From positions 45,725,721 through 45,789,720 of the forward strand of contig NC_068996.1 of assembly GCF_001194135.2 (NCBI RefSeq): 64,000 nucleotides of DNA, written 5' to 3'. The translations under genes and the position numbers were made by a program. Source of the stretch: Octopus bimaculoides. Taxonomy: Eukaryota. Positions 13,301-25,726 of the stretch are shown here, one piece after another. Under the pieces are notes generated by a model. The model was not told the DNA's origin, did not search any database, and saw only the letters and a program-made list of their open reading frames with translations. Numbering within the stretch: position 1 is the stretch's first letter; each line of letters opens with the position of its first letter.

Positions 13301-14089
13301 ACATTTTAACATTACGTGAATGAGACTTATTCTGATACTGAAGTTTGGTAATAATGGAAAGGTGAAAGGTAAAAAAACAATGGTTTGTAGGTATGCGAAT
13401 ATAGGGTATTAGACTGTAGATTGGTTAGGTGAACAATATTAGATGATTAGTGATAATTATGACAAATGTGGATATTATAGAATTAGTGGTGGGTTATGAA
13501 TAAAAGATTTAACTGAAAGATTATGTATTGATTGATTATTGGTTATGTCTTTCTTCTTCTTCAATATATATGTTACGAATGAAAATTGAGTACGGGAAAC
13601 CGAACTGAGTGGTCAGTTTTGGACAGGAAATCGTTAGTGCTGAGCTGTGTTCACTTAGCGCCTTAGCTAGACTCATGTAATACATTGGTACTCGTGCAAT
13701 AGCTTACTACTCTTGTATCTTTATAAAATCAGACCTTGTCATGTGATTAATAAGCTAAGTACAACTCCTTGCTTGGTGTAGTTACCTGAGTTTATCAGCT
13801 TCATATATTGAGACAGGTAATATGCACCTGACGCTAGAAAATCTGCCGTTTCACAGCAACCTGGTTGATCGTTGAAGTTCGTAAAAATATCTAAGTTTAA
13901 TGCACATCTGATGCGTTCTGACGAACCATGGAATGCAAAGAATAAACAAGTTGTAAGATTGGATGTCTGTGTCACGTTATTAATTGTCGGAACAATTTCA
14001 CTACTGAGACCAAAGAAGTAGTTTCTCTAATAGTTCTACCTGCTAGAAATAGCAGGCGAATCTACCTCATAACACAGAACACGCCGTGT

Positions 14090-14593
14090 TTGTGGCTGTG
14101 TGGTAAGAAGCTTGTTTCTTAGCCAAATGGTTCCGGGTTCAGTCCCACTGCGTGGCACCTAGGGCAAATGTCTTCTATAGCCTTGGGCCGACAAGCTTTC
14201 GCATTACTCTAAAATCCTGTCACTTTAGTAATGCGTAATTGTTCACTTAACAATATAAGCGAAAGCAGGGAATGTCTTCCAAAATGCAGTTGTTTGTAAC
14301 TTGTTCATCAATGAGGCCTTGTGAGTGGATTTGGTAGACGAAAACTGAAAGAAACCCATCGTATATCTGTATATATTTGTGTATATATTTGAGTGTCTGT
14401 TTATCCCCCAACTATCGCTTGACAACCGATGTGTGTTAACGTCCCTGTAGCATAGAGGTTCGGCAAAAGAGACCGATAGAGTAAGTACCAGGCTTACAAA
14501 GAATAAGTCCAGGGGTCGATTTCTTCAACTGAAAGGCGGTGCTCCAGCATGGATACAATCAAAATGACTGAAACAAATAAAAGAATAAAAGAA
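14090..14593 (+). mobile_element. SINE-A copy interrupted by a 120-bp insertion
   Basis: SINE-A sequence on both sides of 14196-14315; rejoining gives gggccgacaag|gccttgtgagtgg versus consensus gggccgaccaaagccttgtgagtgg. Confidence 0.93.
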
Positions 14594-15072
14594 TTTGCTA
14601 ATATAGTAAATACACAGAGTAAAAATAAAGAAGGGGTGGTCACTGAATACATCTGCTTAAAGCTGTAATGAAGATGGTCTATCACTGCGAGGATAGGTAT
14701 AAATGTCACAAATATCATTTTTCTTTCTTGTGGTGGTGGTAGTAAGCCATGTATGTCAATTTAAGAAAGGTGTATATATATATTGCTGACAGTGTGGGAG
14801 ACAAAATTGATTACCTTTGAGGAAAACGTCTATTACAACTAGTAACTTTTTACAATTTTAAATATTCACAGCACAGTAGCAATGTCAGCTGCACTGAAAT
14901 TTTGAAAAGGTACGGGACCCCCATAAATCTCCTTCTTACTCTTAATACGATCAAGTAGGTTCGAATGTAAAATGTGCTGGTCTCTATAATTTCCGTCACG
15001 GGAGAATAAACCTCCTTTTTACAACGATAGCGTGTTCATAATATTCAGCTTATGGTTGCAAAGGATTTTTTA

Positions 15073-15788
15073 AATTTCAGTGAACAAATTGTTTTCTGAT
15101 CGGTGCTTATCTGTCAACCGATAAAAAAAAAATAGTTATTTGCATTATGTACAGCCAGTTCTGAAACAATTATTCGCATATTTATTATTAACACTTCCAG
15201 GCATGTTTAGGCGCAAAATATGCTAGTTACTGTAGAATGTGTTACAGAAGAATACCCCCCTCTCTCTCTCTCTCTTTCTCTCACTCTCACTCTCACGACA
15301 GCAGTATGTTCAATACATTTGGCTCAATCGTGCAAGGGGTTCTGAGACACCAGTGTTTCGGCATGTTGTGTCGCGTCAAGCCTGAAGCAGCACCCTTATC
15401 TTTGAGCCTAAACAAGACACCGACTTTGTTTATAATTTCAGTGAACAAATTGTTTTTCTGATCAGTGTTTATATCTGCCAACCAAAAAAAAAAAAAAAAT
15501 CATTATTTGTACTGTGTACAGCGAGATCTGATCTCAGCGTACACGGTGAAAATAAATAAACAATTAAATTTTTTTTATTTTTTATAAAGGCTCTTTTTAC
15601 AAACAGAAAGTCCGAGCACGATGGACTGCCGCAACTCTGAGATCACTGGACCGAATACCGTACAGTATTTGTTCCGAGATTTCGCGTTTTAAATTCAAGT
15701 CCTCCCATAGTCTATTAAGGTGATACACTTAATTCGTCACCCGGTTTAACGCCATCATTTGGCACCTTTTAGTGTCTTTAACAGAATA

Positions 15789-15839
<51 letters not shown>

Positions 15840-15943
15840 GGCAGCAGTATGTTCAACACACTTGGTTCAATGGTACAAGGGGTTCTGAGATATTAGTGTT
15901 TCGACATGAACCCTTATCTTTGAGCTTAAACAAGACACCGACT
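15073..15943 (+). repeat. Old interleaved local duplication A-B-A'-B'
   Basis: A 15073-15155 matches A' 15434-15522 (aatttcagtgaacaaattgtttt...tgtacagc). B 15256-15425 matches B' 15787-15943 ((CT)n-gcagtatgttcaa...cccttatctttgagc.taaacaagacaccgact). Confidence 0.85.
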
Positions 15944-16162
15944 GCAAACATACTTGCTAGGTCTCCTGTTTAAAGATGCTTCCCCCACCCTATCTCCCTC
16001 TTGCTAGTATCGTAAACTATAATTAGACATGGATACTACCTTCCCACGTGATGGAATTATGGAATTTTCAAACATTTAAATATGCTGCTCCATTTACCGT
16101 TTACTTATTACAAAGATGTTGAGCCAAATTCCCTCACGAATTAACTAATTGATGTTACACAT

Positions 16163-16325
16163 CTTACTTGTTTCAGTCATTAGACTACGGCCATACTGGG
16201 GCACCGCCTTGAAGAGTTTTTAGTCGAATGCATCGAGCTCAGCACTTTTTGTTTTCTAAGCCTGGTACTTCTTATTCTATCGGTCTCTTAGTCGAGCCGC
16301 TAGGTTACGGAGACGTAAACAAACA
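16163..16325 (-). mobile_element. SINE-A 3' half
   Basis: ttacttgtttcagtcattagactacggccatactggggcaccgcc...ttattctatcggtctc. Confidence 0.88.
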
Positions 16326-16488
16326 AATATTCAATGAAATGTAGTTAGTCCTATTCTGGATGAAAAATATTCGTACGATTAATATTAAACCTCCATTTTC
16401 ATAACACGTTATGCAGAAATGAGATGCACACAATTTTTTTCCAGGAATGGGACTGTGTGTGTGTGTGTGTGTGCGTGTGCGTGTGCGT

Positions 16489-16521
<33 letters not shown>

Positions 16522-17270
16522 AGCACGTGAATGAGTATGTGTCATCTAACGTCATTCTGCCGCGCCTATTTTGATTGCAAGAACCTGTTTTGTGGGCTGT
16601 TTTTTAAAAACTTACTTCGACATTTTTAAATACATTTCAATACAGTATTTATTGTGAAAGTGTATATATTGTGTCTTTATACGCATATGTATGGCTTACG
16701 TATAAAGCGTGTGTATAAGGTGTGTAAAGTGTATTGTCTAAATCGTATTCTGTACGTGTGTATGGGTGTGTATGTATTACATATATAGTGCGTGTGTGTG
16801 TATTGTATATTATATAGTGTGAATGTATATATGAAATGTATCCGCCTACCTGTTTCTAGAACACCTGGTCTCTCTGTCTCTCTCCTTGCCGTATCTCTAA
16901 TGCGCACACGCACACACAACCTACAACCTATGTAATGCGGGCGAATATAATCTCTATTCTTGATTTTAGCAATGTTGTAAGAAAGAGAAACGAGCGTTAA
17001 CAACCCTTCACAACACCTTTTACTCGCGGTAATAATTATCATCTAGTGAACGTTAATTCTGACTAGGGAAAAGAAATGTCTTACAGTATACTCGAGATAA
17101 GTAAAATAATTTTTGAATGAATTCGCAATGAATGATAATTTAACACTCAGTCTTGTGTACAACAGACAGGCAGACAGAAGGAAATATTCTCAGACTTGAT
17201 ATCCACGAAGATTTATCAGCTGTTGTTAACGATAGCATATGTGGCAGTAGTGTCTGTGTACACCGGGCAG

Positions 17271-17321
<51 letters not shown>

Positions 17322-17365
17322 TTTGTATTATTATATATATGTACGTATGTATGTGTATGTATATA

Positions 17366-17752
17366 AGCGCAGGAGTGGCTGTGTGGTAAACAGCTTGCTT
17401 GCCAACCACATGGTTCCGGGTTCAGTCCCACTGCGTGGCACCTTGGGCAAGTGTCTTGTACTGTAGTCTCAGGCCGACCAAAGCCTTGTGAATGGATTTG
17501 GCAGAGGGAAACTGAAAGAAGCCCGTCGTACATATATATATATGTTTGTGTGTCTGTGTTTGTTCCCCCCTCTCACGCCCAACATAACTTGACAAACGAT
17601 GCTGGTGCGTTTACGTCCCCGTAACTTAGCGGTTCATCAAAAGAGACCGATAGAATAAGTACTAGGTTTACAAAGAATAAATCCTGGGTTCGATTTGCTC
17701 GACTAAAGGCAGTGCTCCAGCATGGCCACAGTCAAATGACTGAAAGAAATGA
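17366..17752 (+). mobile_element. Full-length SINE-A copy
   Basis: Head, core, internal (TA)/(TG) tract and tail are all present. Confidence 0.95.
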
Positions 17753-17784
17753 AAAAATATATATACATACACGCACACACATCC

Positions 17785-18003
17785 TGGCACTCCGTTGGTT
17801 TCGACGACGAGGGTTCCAGCTGATCTGACCAACGGAACAGCCTGCTCGAGGAAATTAATGTGTAAGTGGCTTAACACTCCACAGACACGTGCATCCTTAA
17901 CGTAGCTCACCGGGAGATTCAGCGTGACACAGTATGTGACAAAGCCGGCCCTTCGAATATCAGGTACTACTCATTTTTTGTCAGCTGAGTGAACTGGAGC
18001 AAC
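17785..18003 (-). mobile_element. 5'-truncated SINE: D-type middle plus C-type tail
   Basis: Reverse complement has ttgctccagttcactcagctgac...aatgagt (shared with 58182), then the tail cacgctgaatctccc...ctggaaccctcgtcgtcg...ggagtgcca (shared with 40199). Confidence 0.8.
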
Positions 18004-18261
18004 ACCTCGGCCCCGAACACTGAGTCGTTATCATAAGCAGGTTCCTCCGCTTAAGCTGATAACTCCTTATCTTGAGTCTTTTGCAGTGTTTATACCATAC
18101 TTACACTTGACTCAGCTCACCAGGGTATGGCGTTAGGAGCCATCAAGTCAGAGAAATTAGAAATTGAATGAGAACCAGTGATGTCTGCCCATCTAGCCAA
18201 TCATGACTGGGTGCAGCTGCCAAACATTAAATATACTATCTCTATCCAGAGGCCTTATACC

Positions 18262-18301
<40 letters not shown>

Positions 18302-19012
18302 AAAAGAAAATGGAGGGGATACAGAAATGACATATATCAACTGTTAGATATTCTATTATGTCTTTATTTATTCTAAAACATTTGTAAGAATACATACATA
18401 TGCAAAGTCTGTGTGTTACAGACATATGTACCAGCAATACATAAAAGACTATATAATTTCGACGCATATGCTCGCATGTACACAGACAATGAAGCTTTTC
18501 GAACATACAAAGATTCCTCTGCGATCACTTGGCTAATCACGGCCTAATTTTCTATTAAATCATACCCGACCGTCTTTAAGGACATTAAATTTAACTCGAA
18601 ATAATTTTGCATCGAATGAGAGATTCACAGATGAGATGTCTTAGAAATTAGATATATTCAATCAATTGATTTACTAGACAATATTATGGCGTAGATCGAT
18701 ATATTATAGGCAATGTTAAAAATCATAACTCAGTTTCGATTGTCTGTTGATTGTCAGAATCAATGTGCACCTTTTTTTTACTTCTGAGCTCAAAGGTCAT
18801 TAGAATCGACTTTACATTTTTAAACTTCTGGAGCTGACATGTAAATATGAATGGAGTCCTGGAGTCGATTGTATATTTCTCTTTCACAAAATGCTACCTT
18901 GATCCAGTGTGTAGAGTTATTATCACATCATTCTTAGCTTTGTAAATTCCACATGGAACAAGCAGATCTATAATTCTAAGTATTCCATCCGTGACCATCC
19001 TGTCTTTGATAT

Positions 19013-19238
19013 ACTTTTTACTTGTTTCAACCATTAGACAGCGGCCAGTCGAATGAACCGACCCCAGTACTTATTTTAAGCCTGGTACTTATTTTATCGG
19101 TTGCTTTTACCGAACCGCTATGTTACGGGGACGTAAAAACACCAGTACCGGTTGCCAGGCGGAGGTTAGGGACAAATACAGACACAGACACATACATGCA
19201 GATATATATACATACATTTACACGACAGGCTTCTTTCA
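19013..19238 (-). mobile_element. SINE-A 3' half
   Basis: tacttgtttca...cctggtacttattttatcgg...ccgaaccgctatgttacggggacgtaaa. Confidence 0.85.
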
Positions 19239-19904
19239 CATATACATCTAACCAAAGAAATTACAGTGGTAACCATGGAATCCTTCATTTTTTTTTTTCC
19301 ATGTTCAAAGATTCCAGGACTGCATCACTCTTTTTGTATGTCTATTTCTACGATAGTCTGAGTTTCATTTGAGGAAGGTTTAGTTATTATTTTTAGTTGT
19401 TTGGAAAATCAAGCAGACGCTCCATCGTTTCTCGGTCGGATGTATTTGCACAAATGTAATTTTAGTTTGGCACATTTTCTGTAATGTGCATTACGGAAAT
19501 TAGTTTCCGTATCATACTAATACGAATTGAAAGCCTACTTCTAATCAAATTTGCTTTTCATTCCTCTGCATTCGGTAAAGTAGCAGTCATATATTGACAG
19601 TAATTCAAGTGACAATATCCATTTATTTATATACACACTTACTCACAGTCTCGCCTAGTTTCGATTAATAGATCATCGTTGAACTTCGTTTTACAGATAT
19701 GAGATAGTGCCATATTTGTAGATTTGTATGTGGTATGTTCCATCGAATTGTTTGTCCCAGTCCTTTTTTACGAAATATAAGATGTTTACTTAGACAAATG
19801 AAAATTATTTTATAAATGTTAACATTTACGTTTGAGAGAAGCATCCCATTTTTGAAAATTCAAATGTATTTCAAACCTTTTTTTTACTTTCGGAAATTGT
19901 GAAC

Positions 19905-20140
19905 ACGAGGTGACGAATTAACAGTCCTTAGTGTTGTTTATAATGCCTTGCGATGTTTGTTCCGGCTGTCTGCGCTCTGAGTTCAGATCCAGCTGTGGTC
20001 AACTTTGCCATTTATACATTCGCGGTCGTTACGCAATAAGCATTCCTCAGAGTGGCTGACTGGCAAAACGGTAAAAACGGCGAACCTAATGAATTGCGGT
20101 GTTCCTTCCGATTGTTTTGGTTCTGAGTTCAAACTCCGCA
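19905..20140 (+). mobile_element. Two degenerate SINE-B heads
   Basis: ctctgagttcagatccagctgtggtcaactttgcc and gttctgagttcaaactccgc. Confidence 0.55.
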
Positions 20141-20482
20141 ATAGACTACACGGGTGGTAGACTTAATCCGTTGGAATTGTGGAAAGAAGCTCGTTGGATG
20201 AACTGTAAACTGAATTCTAAAGATACAGGCATGCTACACTGTCCCTTTCGTTAAGGGTATGCGTGCCTCTCTCACTAACAATGAATAAGCAGTGCTGTTG
20301 ATCGTCAGAATTTCCAAATATGAGTGTTCCAGATGTTTGAAGGCATCCTTTATTTAATTTATCAACTTAAGAGACAAGCAAAAATGATCATAACAGGATT
20401 AAAACTCAGAAATGCAGCAAATATGCTAATCCGTCCATTTACAGCTTTTGAACCCCTACCATTTAAAATATGAAGACTGGTT

Positions 20483-20516
<34 letters not shown>

Positions 20517-20520
<4 letters not shown>

Positions 20521-20708
20521 CAAAATTTACAGAAGACGAAAACAGGTGAGGGGACATCAAGCAGATGTATTAATTTGACGCTTAGGAAGAAAGGAAAAGT
20601 CTTTGACGTTTCGAGCCAACACTCTTCGACAGAAAGAGACGAGAGGGGGAAAATGGAGAGAGAACGTAAAAAGGAAGGAGAAAAGAATGTGTAGGGATTA
20701 ACGGTTCA
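20517..20708 (-). mobile_element. Penelope pLTR-like short repeat with HHR-like motif (same family as 59955)
   Basis: Reverse complement gttaatccctacacattc...gctcgaaacgtcaaagac...gcgtcaaattaatacatctg...cacctgttttcgtctt..(TA)n is colinear with 59955-60165. A partial second copy lies head-to-tail at about 20712-20830. Confidence 0.7.
20600..20637 (-). ncRNA. Minimal hammerhead-ribozyme-like motif (A6U core variant)
   Basis: UCUUU CUGUCGA A GAGU guug GCUC GAA ACGU C AAAGA: 5-bp stem I, 4-bp stem II, palindromic ACGU stem III, GUC triplet. Core position 6 is U rather than the consensus A. Confidence 0.55.
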
Positions 20709-21770
20709 ACATGATATGGTTCAAAATTGTGCAAAAAACGAAAGACAGAAACAGGTTAGGAGACAACAAAAAAGGGTTTGACGCTCAGGAAAAAGGGAAG
20801 AGGTACACACAAAGGGAAGAGATACACACAAAAAAGTTTAGGGTCTTCTATAGACTCCTATTCTTCTCTACTCTATCATCCCGATTTCTCTTCACTGCCC
20901 CCATTTTTTTTGTGCGCGCGTGTGTGTATGTACTTGTCTGCAACTTGTTTGTTAGGTGCGTAAAAGAAAAAAAAAACAACGTAAAAAGTAACCGGTTAAC
21001 ATACATAAATTTCTCCACATTTGAATAATTGCCACAGTTTTTCTCTTCGTTTCTTGTCAATGAGACAATTGAAGGAATGGATATGACAACAGAGATGTGA
21101 ATGAATTTACATTTAAAAGAAAAACAGAAACAGTAAAAAAAAAACAAAAAAAACTGGATGAATAGCGATAAAATTATCTCTCAACTCGCCCGACTTGGCT
21201 GTTGAGTTTTTATTTGTTGGCGTAAATGAAACAGCTGTAGTTTTTAGCTATTAATAAATCTAAATAAACGCATGAATGTATATATCACACTTGCACCTAC
21301 TTATTCCCGTAAGTACTGTCAAACACGTGCTGCATTGTGCGGTGCTGTTGAACCACTAGTCAATCTTGATCGAAATTACTTGTGATGAAAAGAATTCCAG
21401 CCGAGACCATCACGTCATTTTATGTGCATCTACAACTGAATTTTCCAGTGTGTGGTTACTGATTTTAGAACAATAGGGTGTGGTTTGGTTACTATTTCTA
21501 ACGGGTTGAGTAACACACAAAAGTGTGTGGGGGTGGATGATTTCCATTTTGTATACAGTGTAGAATGTTATCTACGGCTATATTTGAGGACTCGATCTTA
21601 TTAGGAAGCGTAGCCAAATATCCAAATTGTACCCAACCGTTTTTAAGGTAGAACATCTCGCCTTTGACAATGCTGTCTGATATACATTGCTTGAGTAAAA
21701 AATTGGCTGTCATTGAAACGTCTTTTAGGTCAGCTGAATCTAAACTGACTTGGGGCTAACCAGGAATTAC

Positions 21771-21920
21771 TACTCTGCGTGCGTAAGCAAAAGCCGGGTA
21801 ATGTAATCACTCGTCTTTGTGTGTTTGCAAAATTACTGGTAAATGGCTGAATGGATTTTCACCAAATTCGGCAGAAATACTCATTGGGTGAGTGGCTCGA
21901 AATTATGAAAATTTGGTTTA
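21771..21920 (+). mobile_element. DINE-1/HINE-like (Helentron-associated) non-autonomous element fragment, tentative
   Basis: tactctgcg...gccgggtaatgtaatcactcgtctttgtgtgtttgcaaaattact...ggattttcaccaaattcggc has the layout I associate with HINE/DINE-type elements. Confidence 0.4.
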
Positions 21921-21955
21921 TCTTCAAACATACATAAATACGTAACTAGATATGC

Positions 21956-22025
<70 letters not shown>

Positions 22026-23021
22026 TCGTATTCAATGATGGATTCGAGGGTTTCGTTTATTTACGAGTTTTCTTAATTTTACCTGAGTATAAACACCTAT
22101 AATGGTGATGCTTAAAAAATACCTGCGTGCAAGTATACATCGTCCCTTTGATGCCGTTTTTTTTTTGTTTTTCATTTGTATATATAATATTTAAACATGC
22201 AATATTAATTTTATTTAATACCGTTCAGGTTTATTGTCTTTCACTGCTTAGCATATATTTATTAGGACTTTTTCTATTTTTTCTTCCCTTCTCCACGTTA
22301 TCGATGTTATTAAAGTGTAGGAGACTAGAGCTGATACATTTCGGCACCCGTGTCATTGCAGTTATTGGCGTCTGACTGCAAAGTGCTAGAACAGGTATTA
22401 TTGCATGTTATCATATGCACAACCCAATCTTTTTTTAATACCCTTATTTAGAAATTAAGCGAAAATAGCGAACCATTTCAGTTGGGGAATAGAATATTTG
22501 CCTCTCATACTGGTCGACCACACGCGCTAACCTTTGCACCGCAATGTATTGCGTTTTTGTATTGTTTGAATAAAGTTCTTAGCTACAAATCTATCTTACA
22601 CACACACAATACACACACACACAATGGATCCTAATATATGTAATGAATGTGTATGCAAATGCGCGTTGGTATGTGTGCAAATCTTTAACAAAGGTGGTTG
22701 TATGCCCTCTTACGTGCTAAATAGTTTAAACGAATTATTAACATCTTAAAAGAGACAAAAGAGAAAGGGCTTTGAAAGAAGGAAAACAAAAACAAAAAAA
22801 CTAGACCATGTATGTATAATCCTTCATAAGTGTACTTCAGAACCGATATTTTTTCTTTATCTTTTCTTTTTTCTGTTCAAGTGTGGACGTGCGTTTGTCT
22901 GTCTGTCTGTCTGTTTCATATTAGTATGACTAATATTGTGAAAATGTACCTCAGATAACTTAGCAAAGTAAAAGAAAAAAAAAAAGAAAAACAAAACAAA
23001 ACGACACTTGTTTGCTAAGTG

Positions 23022-23059
<38 letters not shown>

Positions 23060-23653
23060 GTATGTATATTTATCTATTTGTGTGTGTGCGTGTATGTGTG
23101 TAATGCAACCCACTTTTCGAATCGCTCGACAAAATACCATTAGCGATTAGAAGACAACAATAATACTAGCAACAACAACAACACTATGAACAGATTATAT
23201 TAGTCATGACAATAACACACAAGAATAACAACATAAAAGAAAACAATAGATAAAAGAAAAATGAAAGAAAAAAACAGCAAAACTCTTTATATCAATTCGT
23301 TTTTCGTTAAATTTTACCTGTTTACTTTTAAAAATTTATGTATCATCTCAACTTGTTTATATATTAAACAAATCTATTAACGTTTGAAGAGCGAGACCAG
23401 TAAGATGAATGAGAAACAGTGACACGTTAAATCAGACGCTTTCAGACCTATAGCAGCGAAATAAGTTTAAATTCAGACGGACGTTAAATTTTGAAGCTCT
23501 GTCACGTAGTTTACTAGAATATGACTTAAATAATATGGAGGAAATTTAATCCACGACAGATATTTATCTATCAAGTTCTTTCTCTGTCCCCCCCCTCCAA
23601 ACACACATAATATTATATGTATGTATATGTAATGTAAAGATACATAAACTTTA

Positions 23654-23880
23654 TTTGTGTATTAAGGCTAACATAGGTTTCATGTTAAGAAAATATCTTT
23701 AAAATTGTTCAAGCCAATCACATAGAGAAATTGGTGTTCGTCTCCATTTTGGATTTAAACACGAAACACCTGTTTTTCGTGTTTTAGTCCATAATGAAGG
23801 TTAATGCTAATTTCTCTATGTGATTGGCTTGAAGAATTTTAAAGATATTTTCTTAACCTATGTTAGCCTTAATACACAAA
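23654..23880. mobile_element. Foldback / MITE-like long palindrome
   Basis: Arms 23654-23732 and 23809-23880 are reverse complements with one 7-nt indel and one mismatch. Inner inverted repeat at 23750-23766 / 23775-23791. Confidence 0.85.
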
Positions 23881-23978
23881 GATTCTTTATCCACTAATGC
23901 GGTATTGAGCACTCACTCTCATTGTTCGACTTGTACGTATATATTTATTGTGTGTGCGTGTGTGTGTGAATATATATA

Positions 23979-24010
<32 letters not shown>

Positions 24011-24428
24011 NNNNNNNNNNNNNNNNNNNNNNNNNNNNNNNNNNNNNNNNNNNNNNNNNNNNNNNNNNNNNNNNNNNNNNNNNNNNNNNNNNNNNNNNNN
24101 NNNNNNNNNNNNNNNNNNNNNNNNNNNNNNNNNNNNNNNNNNNNNNNNNNNNNNNNNNNNNNNNNNNNNNNNNNNNNNNNNNNNNNNNNNNNNNNNNNNN
24201 NNNNNNNNNNNNNNNNNNNNNNNNNNNNNNNNNNNNNNNNNNNNNNNNNNNNNNNNNNNNNNNNNNNNNNATATATATAGCTCCCTTAAGGTAAGATAAA
24301 AAAACATACTCCATCCAGTGAGAGATAAACATTATTTAAAGTACACTGTATCAAAATAAGACCTACTAAAGTTTTCTTGCTATGAAGTCATGTAGCTAGG
24401 CAAGATGTTTGTAACGCGTTTTGTGTAT

Positions 24429-24587
24429 CCAAGCAATCTGTTGGCTCTGAGCACATATTCTTTTTACAAATAGAATAAACTATGCGCTCAGAGTTTTTAT
24501 AACGCACCTTACGTCACCAAGCAATCTTCTGGCTCGAAGCACCTGGTTTGTTCTGTTTGCAAATAGAACAAACATGCTCTCAGAGCC
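24429..24587. repeat. Tandem pair of degenerate palindromes
   Basis: Units 24429-24495 and 24517-24587 both start ccaagcaatct and each folds into a hairpin. Confidence 0.75.
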
Positions 24588-24696
24588 TAAAGTTTGGGTT
24601 ATAAAAATTCTTGCATAGCCACATGACGTCATTGCAAGAAATTGTTAGTGGCTCTTATATTAATATCATGTACATTAAATTATATATATATCTATA

Positions 24697-24732
<36 letters not shown>

Positions 24733-25570
24733 TTGTTAGAGTATAGAAGGATTTTCTGAGCGACCATTTTGCGTGAACGTACATAAATTTTCAGTCAAGG
24801 TAATTTTCATGGTGATAAAAGATCTTTTGGAAGATTTTGAAGAAAGTTTTGATGGTACAATATCTTAGGGTAACCGGGTTCAACTTTGTGTTTTGTGTGT
24901 AGTGATATCTGAGTAAAATCTAATATAATGTAATATAATGTAATATAAAATATGTACTAAATTGTCTAACGTGTGTTCAATACAAAACTAATCGATTATT
25001 GCCTTGTGACAGTACTACAGTTCCAGTATACAATTACACTTCATTGCTAATGTTCTTGGGGAAATGACGTTGTCAGATACATGAACATCCCGCTTGTAAT
25101 TCTGTTGTTATTTATGTGTCTCAGTTACTAGTGCTAATGAATAAATTATTTCTTTATTATTTGTATATGATCAGAGGTATCGATCAAAATAAATAAGCTG
25201 CATTACTTTTAAGGGCCAGGAGACTGTTGGTAATATCGGCGCCCTAACTGTGGTACTTTGTCATGCATGCTTTCGGGTTCGATAAAGTCGAGCTGTTTGA
25301 GATTTGAACACGATGTAAAAACCTATAATTGAATCTCAGAATATATTTTGTTCTACGTCCTCATGATTCTACCGATGCACCGTTCTTTTACATTTAAAGC
25401 TATGGCTGGCTGTACAGATAGATAGATAAACAGATGGAAAATTTTCTTTGTGTGTGTGTGTGCAGAAGAAACAATGATGTACGAGTACGTTTGTACGCAT
25501 ATGCAAATTTTGCGTACGTGAGGAAAGTTTCTTAGATATCTGATAGCATTCGACCTTAGGAGATAAAATC

Positions 25571-25726
25571 ATATATATATATATATATATACATGTATAC
25601 ATATATATATATACATGTATACATATATATATATATACATGTATACATATATATATATATACATGTATACATATATATATATATACATGTATACATATAT
25701 ATATAGATATACATGTATACATATAT
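25571..25726. repeat. (TA)n-CATG minisatellite at a gap edge
   Basis: Repeated atatatatatacatgtatac units. Confidence 0.9.

Noticed and set aside
13786-13917. 132-bp open minus-strand segment between AG and GTAACT (symmetric phase 1)
   Set aside because: The peptide is unrecognised, the polypyrimidine tract is mediocre, and equally good spurious sites exist on the plus strand; it needs RNA-seq.
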